The notes beneath the pieces are model-generated. The model searched no databases. It was not told where the DNA came from and was given only the letters and a program-made list of their open reading frames with translations. A stretch of DNA of 64,000 nucleotides from assembly GCA_049516875.1 (NCBI GenBank), contig JBEKSS010000001.1, forward strand, positions 384,001 to 448,000, given 5' to 3'. Positions within the stretch are counted from its first letter, which is position 1. Each line of letters opens with the position of its first letter. Shown here in pieces: positions 1 through 9,804 of the stretch. This stretch comes from Candidatus Bathyarchaeia archaeon (GTDB taxonomy: Archaea; Thermoproteota; Bathyarchaeia; Bathyarchaeales; Bathycorpusculaceae). A program made the position numbers and the translations under genes.

Positions 1-348
1 CACTCTTACGGGTATTGGGAATTCGCGTAAGTCTATTATGGCGTTGCTTGGTGAACTCGTGAGCTTGGCGAACTCGTGGAGGAAGCGACCGCCTCTTTCT
101 TCGTCGATTTTGAGTAGAGCCCACACAAACCTTCGCACGAACTTTGTACCGGGGCTCGGTCGCCTGCCGCTTTCATAGTCGCTTATCACAGAAGACGAAA
201 CCATCATTTTGTCCGAGAGATGCACCTGTGAAACGGCGAAGAGTTCACGCCATTTCCTCATTGTTGCGCCGGGTTTGCTTGAGAGAATTATTTCGCCTGC
301 AATTCTTCTTGCCAAGACAGAATCACGAAGACTCGGAGAAGCAGCCAT
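1..348 (-). CDS. XRE-type HTH transcriptional regulator, 5' part (runs off the window edge; absent from the ORF track)
   Basis: Manual translation from ATG at 348: MAASPSLRDSVLARRIAGEIILSSKPGATMRKWRELFAVSQVHLSDKMMVSSSVISDYESGRRPSPGTKFVRRFV, a typical archaeal HTH family. Confidence 0.85.
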   Translation of the reverse strand, partial: MAASPSLRDSVLARRIAGEIILSSKPGATMRKWRELFAVSQVHLSDKMMVSSSVISDYESGRRPSPGTKFVRRFVWALLKIDEERGGRFLHEFAKLTSSPSNAIIDLREFPIPVRV

Positions 349-849
349 TGAAGTTCGACCTTTCCAACTCGGCAGGTTTCCCTAAGAACTGCGTGCCCTA
401 TAAAAACCTATATGCACATTAGAAACAATGGCTAGCGCAAGCTGTTAGGCTTATTACGAACCTATTAGGTTACCAAACCAGCGTTGAATTAGGTTGTCAC
501 ATCTCTACGCGCTCTGCAAAGGACGCGCGCTCTTTCTAGGTGGAAATTGAATGCTCTTTCAGCTTGGATTAGACAAAAATTTAATTCCCTATTCTGATTA
601 CTCGAGTGTGGTGATTGCGTTGGGCATGGGAAGCGCTAAAAAGAAACCAATGACTAAAAAGGAAAGAGAAAAGAAAAAAGCACAAGGAGAAACGATTAAA
701 GAAGTAGTCTCAATTGCAGAGCGCGCGAGACTTTGCCTCTGCAGGTCTTGGAGCTTTCTTGTCTTGGCTGCTGCGCGCGGTGTTTTTAAACGTTCCTTTG
801 TGGGATTGCCCCACAATCCCTTCCCTTTCAAAATCTCTAAACGGTCCTC

Positions 850-1143
850 TCACAGATGCTTTTCACTTCTCTTTTTGCGAGGCTTGTGCAGTATGAAAGT
901 GTGGCCTCGAACATCGATTAGGGCGGATTCTGTTTGTTGAGCTATTTTTAACGCGATGTCTTTGGGGCTCTCATCCTTAAGCGCGCTATTTAATATTTGG
1001 ACTTTCACTATTCTCCTTTTCCCCAACTGCCTAGAAATCTCTTTCATCGTCTGCAGCGACGCCCCCTCCTTACCAACCCATATTGTTGGCTTCTCTAAGC
1101 TTAGCTCACGTTTCATTCGATTCTTGGCCTTGGACGATATCAT
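850..1143 (-). CDS. YhbY/CRM-domain RNA-binding protein
   Basis: KPTIWVGKEG...IVKVQIL...LIDVRGHTFILHK matches the CRM/YhbY pattern; 97 aa. Confidence 0.9.
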   Translation of the reverse strand: MISSKAKNRMKRELSLEKPTIWVGKEGASLQTMKEISRQLGKRRIVKVQILNSALKDESPKDIALKIAQQTESALIDVRGHTFILHKPRKKRSEKHL

Positions 1144-1329
1144 GTTTCCTCCTCCGCTCTTTCAGTACTTGGTTAAACCATTTACATCCAGATAGTACAA
1201 TGGAGCTTCTAAGACATAAGCAATAGCTTCATCCACAAACTCATTCAGTTCTCTAGGTGTCTTATTACCTTCGGACCATTGAGGAATATCATAATCAACT
1301 GAATGTGTGATCTCAGTTTGAATGTGCGC

Positions 1330-1434
1330 GCCAGAGTGGCTGAAAATATCGAAGAAGCATGCAAGCTTCTGGAAGGTGGGCTTGAATACGTACGTGAGAT
1401 CGACGAAAAAAGAGTCTTCCCCAAACGCAAATAA
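1330..1434 (+). pseudogene. C-terminal remnant resembling the tail of archaeal tyrosine integrases
   Basis: ARVAENIEEACKLLEGGLEYVREIDEKRVFPKRK* has no start and begins at GCGCGC (1326-1331); family assignment is recalled, not searched. Confidence 0.55.
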
Positions 1435-1504
1435 TGAGAAATCAGAATGAGGCCTCCGGTGTTTGTAGTGCGCGCGCGATGGGTTAAATGTTACTCGAGT
1501 AACT

Positions 1505-2104
1505 GTGTACGTGCGCACTGGAGAGAACCCATGTGTGCCTAGGCTTAGTTTTTGGACAGCAGGCCTATTCGCGCTCATTGCAGGTGTAGTCTCTTTGTTT
1601 GGGTTTGAAATCAATGAATCATCCAAGGGTAGGAGAACAGGCATCTTTTGGTGGGGCTTGATAATTTTTGGTCTAGCTTTATCATGGTTATTTGGGGTTC
1701 TTTGGTCTGGAGTCTTTCCTGGAGCCACAATTCTCAACATAAGTTCAAGTTTAGGATCCCTATATGGCATCGTACAGATTGTGGCCAGTCTTGTTTTCTT
1801 ATTTGTCGGATTCCGTATGATGAAGGGAGCGACCGTAAGAGACAACCAAACCTACTCGGCACTTGAACCAGGAATATTTGCACTGGAGTCTTACTTGAGT
1901 CAAAGGAATTACAGGTCCTTGGTTTACTTGTTAGCTAGTGTAGTAATCCACGTTTGGGCATTAGAGGGTGGCAGTAACATTGACTTTCTGATAATGCGTA
2001 TCAACTTTGTGGGATTGATACTTCTCTTGATTCTCTATGGTCCGCCTAGCATGTATATGGAGGTTGGTTTAACCCGGCTTCTATTCTGCCATATGCTTTG
2101 TTAG
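1505..2104 (+). CDS. Hypothetical multi-pass membrane protein (possibly degraded or chimeric)
   Basis: Several hydrophobic segments; no recognisable motif. Confidence 0.45.
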   Translation: MYVRTGENPCVPRLSFWTAGLFALIAGVVSLFGFEINESSKGRRTGIFWWGLIIFGLALSWLFGVLWSGVFPGATILNISSSLGSLYGIVQIVASLVFLFVGFRMMKGATVRDNQTYSALEPGIFALESYLSQRNYRSLVYLLASVVIHVWALEGGSNIDFLIMRINFVGLILLLILYGPPSMYMEVGLTRLLFCHMLC

Positions 2105-2215
2105 TGTTTGGTCTTTTCGCAGAACTCTTCATAGTCTGCGAATTCTTCATCAGCGTGATGAATCTAGCAAGCAGAACACGAAAGCTGGAATCCCTCAATT
2201 CCATAGAGTAGCGCG

Positions 2216-3109
2216 CTAGACAAGGAAGATTATGAAGACTCCTGCAACAATCATTATTGAACCCATGACATTCTTGACGTTGACCTTTTCATGCAAGAGT
2301 AGGATGCCTGCCAAGGTTGAAAAAAGGGGTGTAGCTGATGATATTGGAACAGCCCGAGATTGCAAGGTGTCTATGAAGCTAATGGACAGGAGAAACCAGC
2401 CCAGCCCAAGCGCCACAATTCCACCAGCAATCAGCGTGACCACTGTTCTTCTTCGCATTTTCAGAAAACCCAAACCCCTGTCCACAATGGGAGCAGAGAT
2501 CGCGAAGGAAACCGCGATTGTCAAAATTCTTATCGTGTTGATGGCGAACGCATCGCCTAAGTTCGGTGTTTCCTTCACAGCCAGACCCATCATCGCTATA
2601 CTCACAGACCACAACAAAGCTGTTGCAAGAGCCACAGCCAAGCCTCTGCCCAAGACCTTTTTCTGCGCATCCAACGTGTCTTTTTCTCCTTCTAGGCTCA
2701 AAAGCCATATTCCTAAGACTATGACAACAGCTCCAAGAGCCACAGACCACGTGATGGGTTCGCCTGCTAAAAGGGCAACCCACAGAAGATTGAAAAGCGG
2801 ATAGGTGCACGTCACCGGGACGGCCCGGGTGACGCCAATCATTTTCAGACTGATCATGTACAAAGTGTCGCCCAAACCTAAGCCGATAATGCCGCTGACA
2901 CCGGCAAGAACAACGACATTTGTGGGCAGACTAGCTAAGACTCCAAGCATGCCGGTGGCAACCAAAAAGGCAAGTAGAACAGCGCTGGTCAGCGTTAAGC
3001 GAACGATGTTAGCCGAAACAGGTTTAGTCTCTGATAATGCCTTTCTGTAGAGCAGGGCCGACACCGTCCAACTGATAGCCGCTCCTAGAGCTGCAAATTC
3101 GCCTATCAT
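2216..3109 (-). CDS. DMT/EamA family transporter
   Basis: Two EamA-like repeats, about 10 TM helices, PLF...LLHEKV motif. Confidence 0.9.
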   Translation of the reverse strand: MIGEFAALGAAISWTVSALLYRKALSETKPVSANIVRLTLTSAVLLAFLVATGMLGVLASLPTNVVVLAGVSGIIGLGLGDTLYMISLKMIGVTRAVPVTCTYPLFNLLWVALLAGEPITWSVALGAVVIVLGIWLLSLEGEKDTLDAQKKVLGRGLAVALATALLWSVSIAMMGLAVKETPNLGDAFAINTIRILTIAVSFAISAPIVDRGLGFLKMRRRTVVTLIAGGIVALGLGWFLLSISFIDTLQSRAVPISSATPLFSTLAGILLLHEKVNVKNVMGSIMIVAGVFIIFLV

Positions 3110-3172
3110 TTTCCTGAGCCTTTAGGCAAGATTCTGCTTGAAGCTGTTAAATAGCTAACGTCTAAAATAAGG

Positions 3173-3868
3173 TTGAATGGTGTTGCATCGATGCAAATAG
3201 GCGTTAGCTGGAGTGCTGATGTCCTTTCTAGGTTTTCAGAGCTTGCCATATGCGTCGGGATAATCACTGGAATCTGCAATCAAGAGGATGATGAGCAGCT
3301 GTGCCAGCTCAAGAAGACAGCATATGAAGAAGTTAGAGCAAAACACAGTGTTGACGCGTTGAAAGACAACTCGACAGTGAGAGCCTACAGAGACTTCTAC
3401 TGGAAGCTTGACATCGACCCCACGAAAACACGGCCTTCAGGCGAGGCTTTGCTGCGCAGGGTGCTGAACGGAAACGATCTGCCAAGCATATCCTCGGTCG
3501 TCGAACCGTACAATTTGGCCTCAATGCAAACTATAATTCCGATCAGTGGGTTTGACAGAGGTCTCCTGAACCCGCCGCTCCACGTACGCTTTGCAAGGAA
3601 CGAGGCTTTCACCGGAATCGGAATGAACAAGCCGATGTTTCTAACCGAGAAAATGCTCGTCTTGACGGACGAGAAATAGGTCCTATGCATCTACCCCTAC
3701 CGCGATTCTGACCTCACAAAGATTACTGTGCAAACGCAAAATGCGGTGATAGTCGGATATGGAGCACCAAGAATAGGACAAGGACAATTGAAAGCGGCTG
3801 TGGAAAAGACGCTGGAATACGTCAGAAGCGTTTCTGGCGGAGAAGTGGAATCAGTAAAGGTTTTCTGA
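3173..3868 (+). pseudogene. B3/B4 (PheT editing-like) domain protein interrupted by an in-frame TAG at 3677-3679
   Basis: IDPTKTRPSGEALLRR motif; the frame continues after TAG as VLCIYPYRDSDLTKIT...VKVF* (TGA 3866-3868). Confidence 0.85.
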
Positions 3869-3892
3869 TAGATTCGCTAGCGCATAGAGGCA

Positions 3893-4327
3893 TCAGGTTA
3901 GGTTGCTGCTGGAATAGTACAGGAAGGGCAATGCGAGCAGAATTGTGCTGCGTCCTCGTGTTGTCAGGGAATATTTCACTCTTAATGGTGGACCTTGTTC
4001 CACCGACCTTTTGACATACCCGTACTGGTCCAGACCTTTCAGCTTGTCAGACAACGTGCGAGAGTTCACGCTGAGAATCTTCTTCATCTCGCCGAAGCCT
4101 GTCGTCTCCCTCAGGAACAGGATGTAGAGTATTTGGAGACTCCATTTTTGAGACAGCAAGCTGAAGCTCTCTTCGAGACTCTTTATGGTCTCCCTCATGT
4201 CGTCCAAACCGAGTCTTTGGTTCCGGAATATTTCGTTGAGTGTTTCCTCTATGCCTCTAAGGTTGATTTTCATGCGGGACTCAACTAGTCTGCGAAGTTC
4301 ATCGCTTAGCACTGTTTTTGAGTTCAC
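3893..4327 (-). CDS. HxlR family winged-helix regulator
   Basis: KWSLQILYIL...RTLSDKLKGL...PPLRVKYSLTTRG. Confidence 0.9.
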   Translation of the reverse strand: MNSKTVLSDELRRLVESRMKINLRGIEETLNEIFRNQRLGLDDMRETIKSLEESFSLLSQKWSLQILYILFLRETTGFGEMKKILSVNSRTLSDKLKGLDQYGYVKRSVEQGPPLRVKYSLTTRGRSTILLALPFLYYSSSNLT

Positions 4328-4329
4328 GC

Positions 4330-4397
4330 TTGCACACTCAGTGTGTGAGTACCTACTTCACGGTTTATAAGGTTTAACTCTTAAATCTAGTGTGCAA
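4330..4397. promoter_or_regulatory. Divergent promoter region with inverted repeats (candidate HxlR operator)
   Basis: TTGCACACT 4330-4338 / AGTGTGCAA 4389-4397, CACACT-C-AGTGTG 4333-4345, and TATA-like TTTATAA between them. Confidence 0.4.
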
Positions 4398-4423
4398 AAC
4401 ACACCGAACCAGCCGGTGACACG

Positions 4424-4972
4424 ATGAACCCGTCTGCAAAGAAGTTGATAGGCATCGTCAAAGAAAGAATGTCAGTTCTTCAGGGAACGGCCCACTCCTA
4501 CGGGCACGTTGACCGAGTCGTGAAGATCGCTACCATTCTGGCTGAGAAAGAACAAGCCGACACGGAACTTGTGAAGACAGCAGCCCTTCTACACGATATA
4601 GGACGCGCGGTCGGAGAACCACACAACGAAACAGGGGCAAAACTTGCAGGCGAAATTCTGAAGCAGTCAACGAACTATCCGCAAGAAAGAATCAGAAGAA
4701 TTGTCAAAATAGTACTGCAGCATCCCATCGCCTTCAGAGACAAATTGGAAACTCTGGAGGAAAAGGTAGTGTGGGACGCAGACAAAATAGACTTGTTAGG
4801 AGTGATAGGCATCGCTAGAGTGTTTCACTGGCTTGGCAAAAAACCGTTTGAGACCGCGGTCGACACCTGTTTTGAAGATTTGAAACCAATCTACAGTTTG
4901 TTGAATACACCTTCCGCCCAAAAAATCGCAGAAGAAAGATACGAAGAACAATCGCTGCCTTGTCAGCTTTGA
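4424..4972 (+). CDS. HD-domain phosphohydrolase (probable frameshift near the 3' end)
   Basis: H...H, LLHDIG, VWDADKID motifs; an alternative frame continues RTIAALSALKEEL. Confidence 0.85.
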   Translation: MNPSAKKLIGIVKERMSVLQGTAHSYGHVDRVVKIATILAEKEQADTELVKTAALLHDIGRAVGEPHNETGAKLAGEILKQSTNYPQERIRRIVKIVLQHPIAFRDKLETLEEKVVWDADKIDLLGVIGIARVFHWLGKKPFETAVDTCFEDLKPIYSLLNTPSAQKIAEERYEEQSLPCQL

Positions 4973-5080
4973 AAGAAGAGCTTTCAACTGAGGATCTGAG
5001 AACCACCTGAAGTTGCTGAGAGCGTTGCGAAATCAAAAGAGTTTTTAGCGCTACACACGAGTAGAAAGAGGTGTTTAAAC

Positions 5081-5875
5081 TTGTCTTTCCGCGCCGGAAT
5101 GGCTCAGACCGCAAAGGAGAAAGAATCCAACATCGTCCTAGCCTTTGACTTTCCGTTCGAAAAACCCGAAAACCGCAAGAAACTCTTTTCCAAAGCAGAA
5201 CAGCTCTTGGAAGCGGTACATCCATACTTGTGCGCTGTGAAATTCAACCACCATCTGGTTCTTCCTCTAGGCACGTTTGACGGCGTTCAAAAGCTCGTAG
5301 GAAAGGCCCAGAACGAGGGATTGATGACCATTATGGACTGCAAGGTGAATGACATCGGCGCAACAAACCAAGCTATCGCAGAGTACTATTACGCGGCAGG
5401 ATTCGACGCGTTGATAGCCAATCCTTTCATAGGATGGGAAGAAGGGTTGAAACCGATTTTTGAAGTTGCAGGCAGACTGCATCGCGGTGTAATTCTACTC
5501 GTTTACATGAGCCATAAAGCAGCAGTAGAAGGATACGGACAAACAATCGTCGATGCTGAGACTGGAGGGAAAATGCTTCAGTACGTTTCGTTTGCAAGAA
5601 AGACTCTGAAATACGGTGCAGACGGCGCGGTTGTCGGCGCTACGTATCCCGAAAAAATAAGGGAAGTGCACGAGATACTCGGCGAAAAAATTCCGATATA
5701 TTCTCCGGGAATAGGAGCCCAAGGCGGAACAGCCCAAGCTGCCCTAATGGCTGGTGCAACTTACCTTATCGTCGGACGAGAGATAACGCTTGCCGAAAAC
5801 CCTGCTGAAGCAGCAAAGAAAGCTAGGGATATTGTAAGACCTGCCAAGTGGAGTTCTCCTAGACGTTCATCATAA
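5081..5875 (+). CDS. pyrF: Orotidine 5'-phosphate decarboxylase
   Basis: DCKVNDIGAT (DxKxxD), VVGAT, PGIGAQGG, LIVGR. Confidence 0.95.
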   Translation: MSFRAGMAQTAKEKESNIVLAFDFPFEKPENRKKLFSKAEQLLEAVHPYLCAVKFNHHLVLPLGTFDGVQKLVGKAQNEGLMTIMDCKVNDIGATNQAIAEYYYAAGFDALIANPFIGWEEGLKPIFEVAGRLHRGVILLVYMSHKAAVEGYGQTIVDAETGGKMLQYVSFARKTLKYGADGAVVGATYPEKIREVHEILGEKIPIYSPGIGAQGGTAQAALMAGATYLIVGREITLAENPAEAAKKARDIVRPAKWSSPRRSS

Positions 5876-5905
5876 GTCTTTGTGCTCGGGTTGACCAACT
5901 GGAGT

Positions 5906-6580
5906 CTAACCTGTTCTTTTTTGTGCGAGAATGACGTATCCTCTCACCCAGTTCCTATGATAATAGCTTGTAAAAGTGTCTTCTTCAAAGTGGATTACAT
6001 GGAAGTTCTTCAGAAGATCGAGTATTTCTTTACGGGTGAAGTGATGACCGAAATGGAGAATCCTTCCAGTTTCATCCTTCACCGCGATTGTGCCTGACTC
6101 GCCTGTGACTCTTGCATCGATTCTGTACCTTTTTGCGTAAACAGGGTTTTTCCATGTTCGAGCAAACTCTTCAACGAAGATGTAACCATGCTTTTTGAGA
6201 ATCCTATACACCTCGTTGAGTATTCTGGGTCTCTCAGACTTTGAAACTAGAGTGAGGACGCCCAGCATCGTGGCCGCATCGAAGGAAGAATCAGGGAAGC
6301 ACAGGTTTCTGGCATCGTTGAGTAGGAAGTCTATTTCTCCGTTAACGCCTCGCGGTTTTGACCCCTCTTGCGCTATTCCTATCTGAGTCCTATCAACGTC
6401 GACGCCGACAACGTTGAAACAATTTTCGTGAAGGAAGAAACAGGTCCTTCCATAACCACAACCGACTTCCAAAACTTTCTTTGCTGAACCGTCTTTGATT
6501 ACATTGACAAGCCTTGTGGGCAAGGGAATGGTGTAAAGCTTCCTTTCGCCGCAAGATTTCATCTTCCACGTCTTTCCCAA
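5906..6580 (-). CDS. Class I SAM-dependent methyltransferase
   Basis: VLEVGCGYG, VGVD, FPDSSFD, RILKKHG. Confidence 0.9.
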   Translation of the reverse strand: MGKTWKMKSCGERKLYTIPLPTRLVNVIKDGSAKKVLEVGCGYGRTCFFLHENCFNVVGVDVDRTQIGIAQEGSKPRGVNGEIDFLLNDARNLCFPDSSFDAATMLGVLTLVSKSERPRILNEVYRILKKHGYIFVEEFARTWKNPVYAKRYRIDARVTGESGTIAVKDETGRILHFGHHFTRKEILDLLKNFHVIHFEEDTFTSYYHRNWVRGYVILAQKRTG

Positions 6581-6771
6581 AGCTCTTTCTTCAGCAAATC
6601 CCTCACTGAAGACCTGATTGCCGAACTCCTGCTTGGATACATGTTCGCTCTAACAAGCTCATCCAAACCTTCCAAATAAGCTTCGGGCAACAACACCGTT
6701 ACAAGTTTCAACCTGCTTCCCCCTAAACATGTTATGCATATAACATGCACCAAATATAAGATTTGACCCAA
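6559..6771 (-). CDS. Ribbon-helix-helix (CopG) protein (true start probably later)
   Basis: LVTVLLPEAYLEGLDELVRANMYPSRSSAIRSSVRDLL. Confidence 0.85.
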   Translation of the reverse strand: MGQILYLVHVICITCLGGSRLKLVTVLLPEAYLEGLDELVRANMYPSRSSAIRSSVRDLLKKELWERRGR

Positions 6772-6873
6772 AACTCAAAGGTCATTCTTCAAGCGCGCGC
6801 AGTTGAAACCATGCCGTTGAGCGGCAAATGCGCAAATCATAAAAAAGAAATCAACTAACAGTCTACAAAGGTT

Positions 6874-8085
6874 GTGATATCAGTGGAATCTTTCTCCCCG
6901 AAGACATTTGTCGAGACCGCAATCGCAAGGATGAAGCGGAACATCGGCAATGAGAAGGCGTTGGTAGCTGTTTCTGGAGGGGTAGACAGCACGACATGCG
7001 CCGTGTTGACGCACAAAGCGGTTGGTGAAAATCTTGTTTGTGTGATTTTGGACGATGCTTTCATGCGACTAGGTGAACCGGAGCATGTTGCCGAAACGCT
7101 GTCAAAATCGCCATTCAATGTGCCTGTGAAAATAGTCAATGTTCGCGACCGTTTCATGCAGGCGATGAAGGGACTGAGGGACGCTGAAGAAAAACGCAAA
7201 GCGTTCCGCGAGACCTTCTATAAGGTTTTGAGCGAAACAGCCAAGAACGAAGGCTGCAAAATCCTAGTCCAAGGCACCATACGCGCCGACGTAATCGAAA
7301 CTGTAGGAGGCGTGAAAACTCAGCACAACGTTTTGGAACAGATGGGCATAAACCCGTTGCAAAAGTTTGGCTTCAAAGTTGTTGAACCCCTGCTGCCGCT
7401 GTTCAAAGAACAGGTCAGGATAGTTGCAAGGCATTTAGGGCTGCCGACAGAGTTTTCCGAACGGCAACCTTTTCCAGGGCCAGGCTTGTCAGTTCGGGTG
7501 GTAGGAGAAATTCGTCCAGACAAACTGGAAATCCTGAAGACGGCCACAACCATGGTTGAACACGAGCTTGCGGTTCACAAGCCCGGACAGTATTTTGCAG
7601 TGATCGTCGACAACGAAGAAGCCCCGCAGACTTCAAGGGCCCTGCATGTTCAAGAGACCGTTGCACATCTTCTCAACGTCCCATCGAGAAACGTTCACGT
7701 CAAAGTCTTCGCGGACAGGGCTACTGGCGTTGAGGGTGGCAAGAGGCGTTACGGTGAGGTAGTCGGCATAAAAGTTCAGACAATGGATGGTAGGCTTCAT
7801 CAAACGGGCATTCAGAACCTTGTTTCAGTTCAGGCAAGGATAATCACTGAAAACCCGCCGGTAGCAAGAGTTTTCTACGCAGTGAAAGATTCAGGTCAAA
7901 AAAAGCCCTATGTCATAGGCATAAGGTCTGTGCAGACAAAAGACTTTTTGACGGCGGAAGTTTCGGAGATACCTTGGACAACGTTGGACAAGATTGGGGA
8001 AGAAATCGTTGAACAATGCGCGGACGTGTCAACGGTCTACTATGATGTTACTCCCAAGCCGCCTGCAACAATCGAAATGGAATAG
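6874..8085 (+). CDS. guaA: GMP synthase ATP-pyrophosphatase subunit (B) with extended C-terminal region
   Basis: SGGVDS PP-loop, EEKRK, QGTI..D.IE, KTQHNV, RQPFPGPGL, YDVTPKPPATIEME; no glutaminase domain. Confidence 0.95.
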   Translation: MISVESFSPKTFVETAIARMKRNIGNEKALVAVSGGVDSTTCAVLTHKAVGENLVCVILDDAFMRLGEPEHVAETLSKSPFNVPVKIVNVRDRFMQAMKGLRDAEEKRKAFRETFYKVLSETAKNEGCKILVQGTIRADVIETVGGVKTQHNVLEQMGINPLQKFGFKVVEPLLPLFKEQVRIVARHLGLPTEFSERQPFPGPGLSVRVVGEIRPDKLEILKTATTMVEHELAVHKPGQYFAVIVDNEEAPQTSRALHVQETVAHLLNVPSRNVHVKVFADRATGVEGGKRRYGEVVGIKVQTMDGRLHQTGIQNLVSVQARIITENPPVARVFYAVKDSGQKKPYVIGIRSVQTKDFLTAEVSEIPWTTLDKIGEEIVEQCADVSTVYYDVTPKPPATIEME

Positions 8086-8138
8086 CCCACGCTAGAAAGG
8101 TATAAAACCTCTTGGACATTCTACAGTGATGAAAAGCC

Positions 8139-8465
8139 ATGTTCCGCGTAAGAGTGAACAAGATAGAATCCATACGAGACATTGACGGCAACCTTGGAAA
8201 ACGCATAGAACTGATTGAAGACAGGGAAATACCGAAATTCGTGGTTAGACCGCAAACCGAAGAGGCCAAGATGGTGCAAGACGTGATGCAGGCTTTACAA
8301 CAGCAGCTGCCGATGTTCCCCATGAGAACGGACGTAACGATCCCAAAAATAATCCTGTTCTTGACCGAGCAAGAGTGCGAGAGCCTGGGAATCGAGTTCG
8401 ACGTGAACCAAATCTACGAAATAGCTCTTGAAAGCCAGACATTGAAGTTCATGAAAACTGCATAA
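8139..8465 (+). CDS. Arcadin-1-like protein
   Basis: GKRIELIEDRE...EEAKMVQDVM...PKIILFLTEQECESLGIEFDVNQIYE resembles arcadin-1 (recognised, not searched). Confidence 0.7.
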   Translation: MFRVRVNKIESIRDIDGNLGKRIELIEDREIPKFVVRPQTEEAKMVQDVMQALQQQLPMFPMRTDVTIPKIILFLTEQECESLGIEFDVNQIYEIALESQTLKFMKTA

Positions 8466-8778
8466 TCTCTTTTCTAACTTGCCTCAAGGCTTGATGTTTT
8501 GGATGGAAAGACAGAACAAACATCATGTTCCTTAAGGTCATGTAGACTTCTTCCATGTTGGATTGACCGTTGTTGCTGCAGTATATCGGGATAGGCTCTT
8601 CGTCGCCTGTCTTGTAGTAAACATAGATCGGCGTGAAACTCTTTCTGAAAGTCTTGATTTCAAAGCTCAGCTTCAAGAGCCTGGCCATCTTCTCAGCAGC
8701 TATGCTGACAGGCTTCAATCTCTTTTGGCTGAAAGAAGAAGCGTAGACAAACAGTTTTCCGCTGGAACATTCTAGCAT
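8449..8778 (-). CDS. Hypothetical protein
   Basis: 109-aa ORF convergent with the arcadin-1-like gene; plausible composition. Confidence 0.7.
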   Translation of the reverse strand: MLECSSGKLFVYASSFSQKRLKPVSIAAEKMARLLKLSFEIKTFRKSFTPIYVYYKTGDEEPIPIYCSNNGQSNMEEVYMTLRNMMFVLSFHPKHQALRQVRKEIMQFS

Positions 8779-8883
8779 GTTCGACGCCCACGAATCAACG
8801 CGGCGCGAACTGCATTTAAGACAGGTGTTGCAGCAACACGTTTACGCGGTGGAGAGAGATAGGTAAAAGTGAATGCTTGAGCG

Positions 8884-9168
8884 GTGAATCCATTGAAAGT
8901 CAGAGTGCATGTTTTCGTAAGCGGCAGGGTTCAGGGAGTGTTTTTCAGATCTGAAGCCATGCATGATGCAAGAAAACGCGGCGTAACGGGTTGGGTTCGC
9001 AACCTGCCAGATGACAGGGTTGAGGCTGTTTTTGAGGGGGAAGAAGAAAACGTGCAGAAGCTTTTGGAATTCTGTAGGCGAGGGCCGCCCGGAGCCAAGG
9101 TCACAGATACAGACGTGACCTTGGAAAGCTATTCTGGAGAGTTCAGAGACTTTGAAATAAGATATTAG
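8884..9168 (+). CDS. acyP: Acylphosphatase
   Basis: VSGRVQGVFFR, GWVRNLPD, GPPGAKV. Confidence 0.95.
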   Translation: MNPLKVRVHVFVSGRVQGVFFRSEAMHDARKRGVTGWVRNLPDDRVEAVFEGEEENVQKLLEFCRRGPPGAKVTDTDVTLESYSGEFRDFEIRY

Positions 9169-9200
9169 AAGAGAAATTCATGCTTGGAAAGTCGCTACGC

Positions 9201-9623
9201 TCAGGTTCTTTTCTTTGGCACTCTGAAGTGTGAGGCTTTTCCAGCGCTTACGTAGTCTCCTCCAGCACCGCGTACAACTGAAGCGATTTTTGAGAAGTTG
9301 TCTGAACCTAGAAACTGCCGCGGTTTTATCATGATGTAGTCCTCTTTCTCCTCAAAGCTCAGCAGGTTCTCCAAGTCTTCTGGAAACATCATCTTCACGT
9401 CCTCTATCACTTTTGATTTTTCTTGAGGCTGGGGCGCTCCTGCTACGGGCTGAGACAATGCCGGTGCTGGATGCGCTGCTATTGGCTGAGTAATCTGTGA
9501 GACAGCCAGAGATTTCAAAGATGCTGAAACCTGCCGCAAATCCTCCATGATGCCGTTCATTATCAGAACAAGTTCGTCGACTCTCTTGGTCAGAGCTTCG
9601 ATTTTTTCTTTATCCGCGCTCAT
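9201..9623 (-). CDS. Hypothetical protein (coiled coil plus C-terminal domain)
   Basis: IKPRQFLGSDNFSKIASVVRGAGGDYVSAGKASHFRVP globular tail. Confidence 0.75.
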   Translation of the reverse strand: MSADKEKIEALTKRVDELVLIMNGIMEDLRQVSASLKSLAVSQITQPIAAHPAPALSQPVAGAPQPQEKSKVIEDVKMMFPEDLENLLSFEEKEDYIMIKPRQFLGSDNFSKIASVVRGAGGDYVSAGKASHFRVPKKRT

Positions 9624-9657
9624 ATGCCTTCTTCCTTACAAATCCCTAATACTTAAC

Positions 9658-9684
9658 GCATTTATTAATGGTTTTTGACTCTTC
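9658..9684 (+). repeat. Direct repeat copy 1 (duplicate of the rtcA promoter)
   Basis: GCATTTATTAATGGTTTTTGACTCTTC, 26/27 identical to 11217-11243. Confidence 0.9.
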
Positions 9685-9804
9685 CAGCAATTCGGATAGC
9701 GCGCGCTATCTTTCTTCATGCCGCGCTTAATCATTTTCTCTATAGGCAATGCAAGTGTATTTTTGAAAAAACCGATTTTGGCATCAACATTATATTTCCC
9801 ACTT

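Noticed and set aside
144-422. Plus-strand ORF 144-422 and the many short antisense ORFs in the track
   Set aside because: Shadows of well-supported genes on the opposite strand or in another frame
551-940. Lys-rich MGSAKKKPMTKKE segment as a ribosomal protein
   Set aside because: Similarity is compositional only and decays at the GCGCGC at 721; unsupported
3677-3679. Genome-wide TAG recoding
   Set aside because: Several conserved genes end at TAG at their expected C-termini
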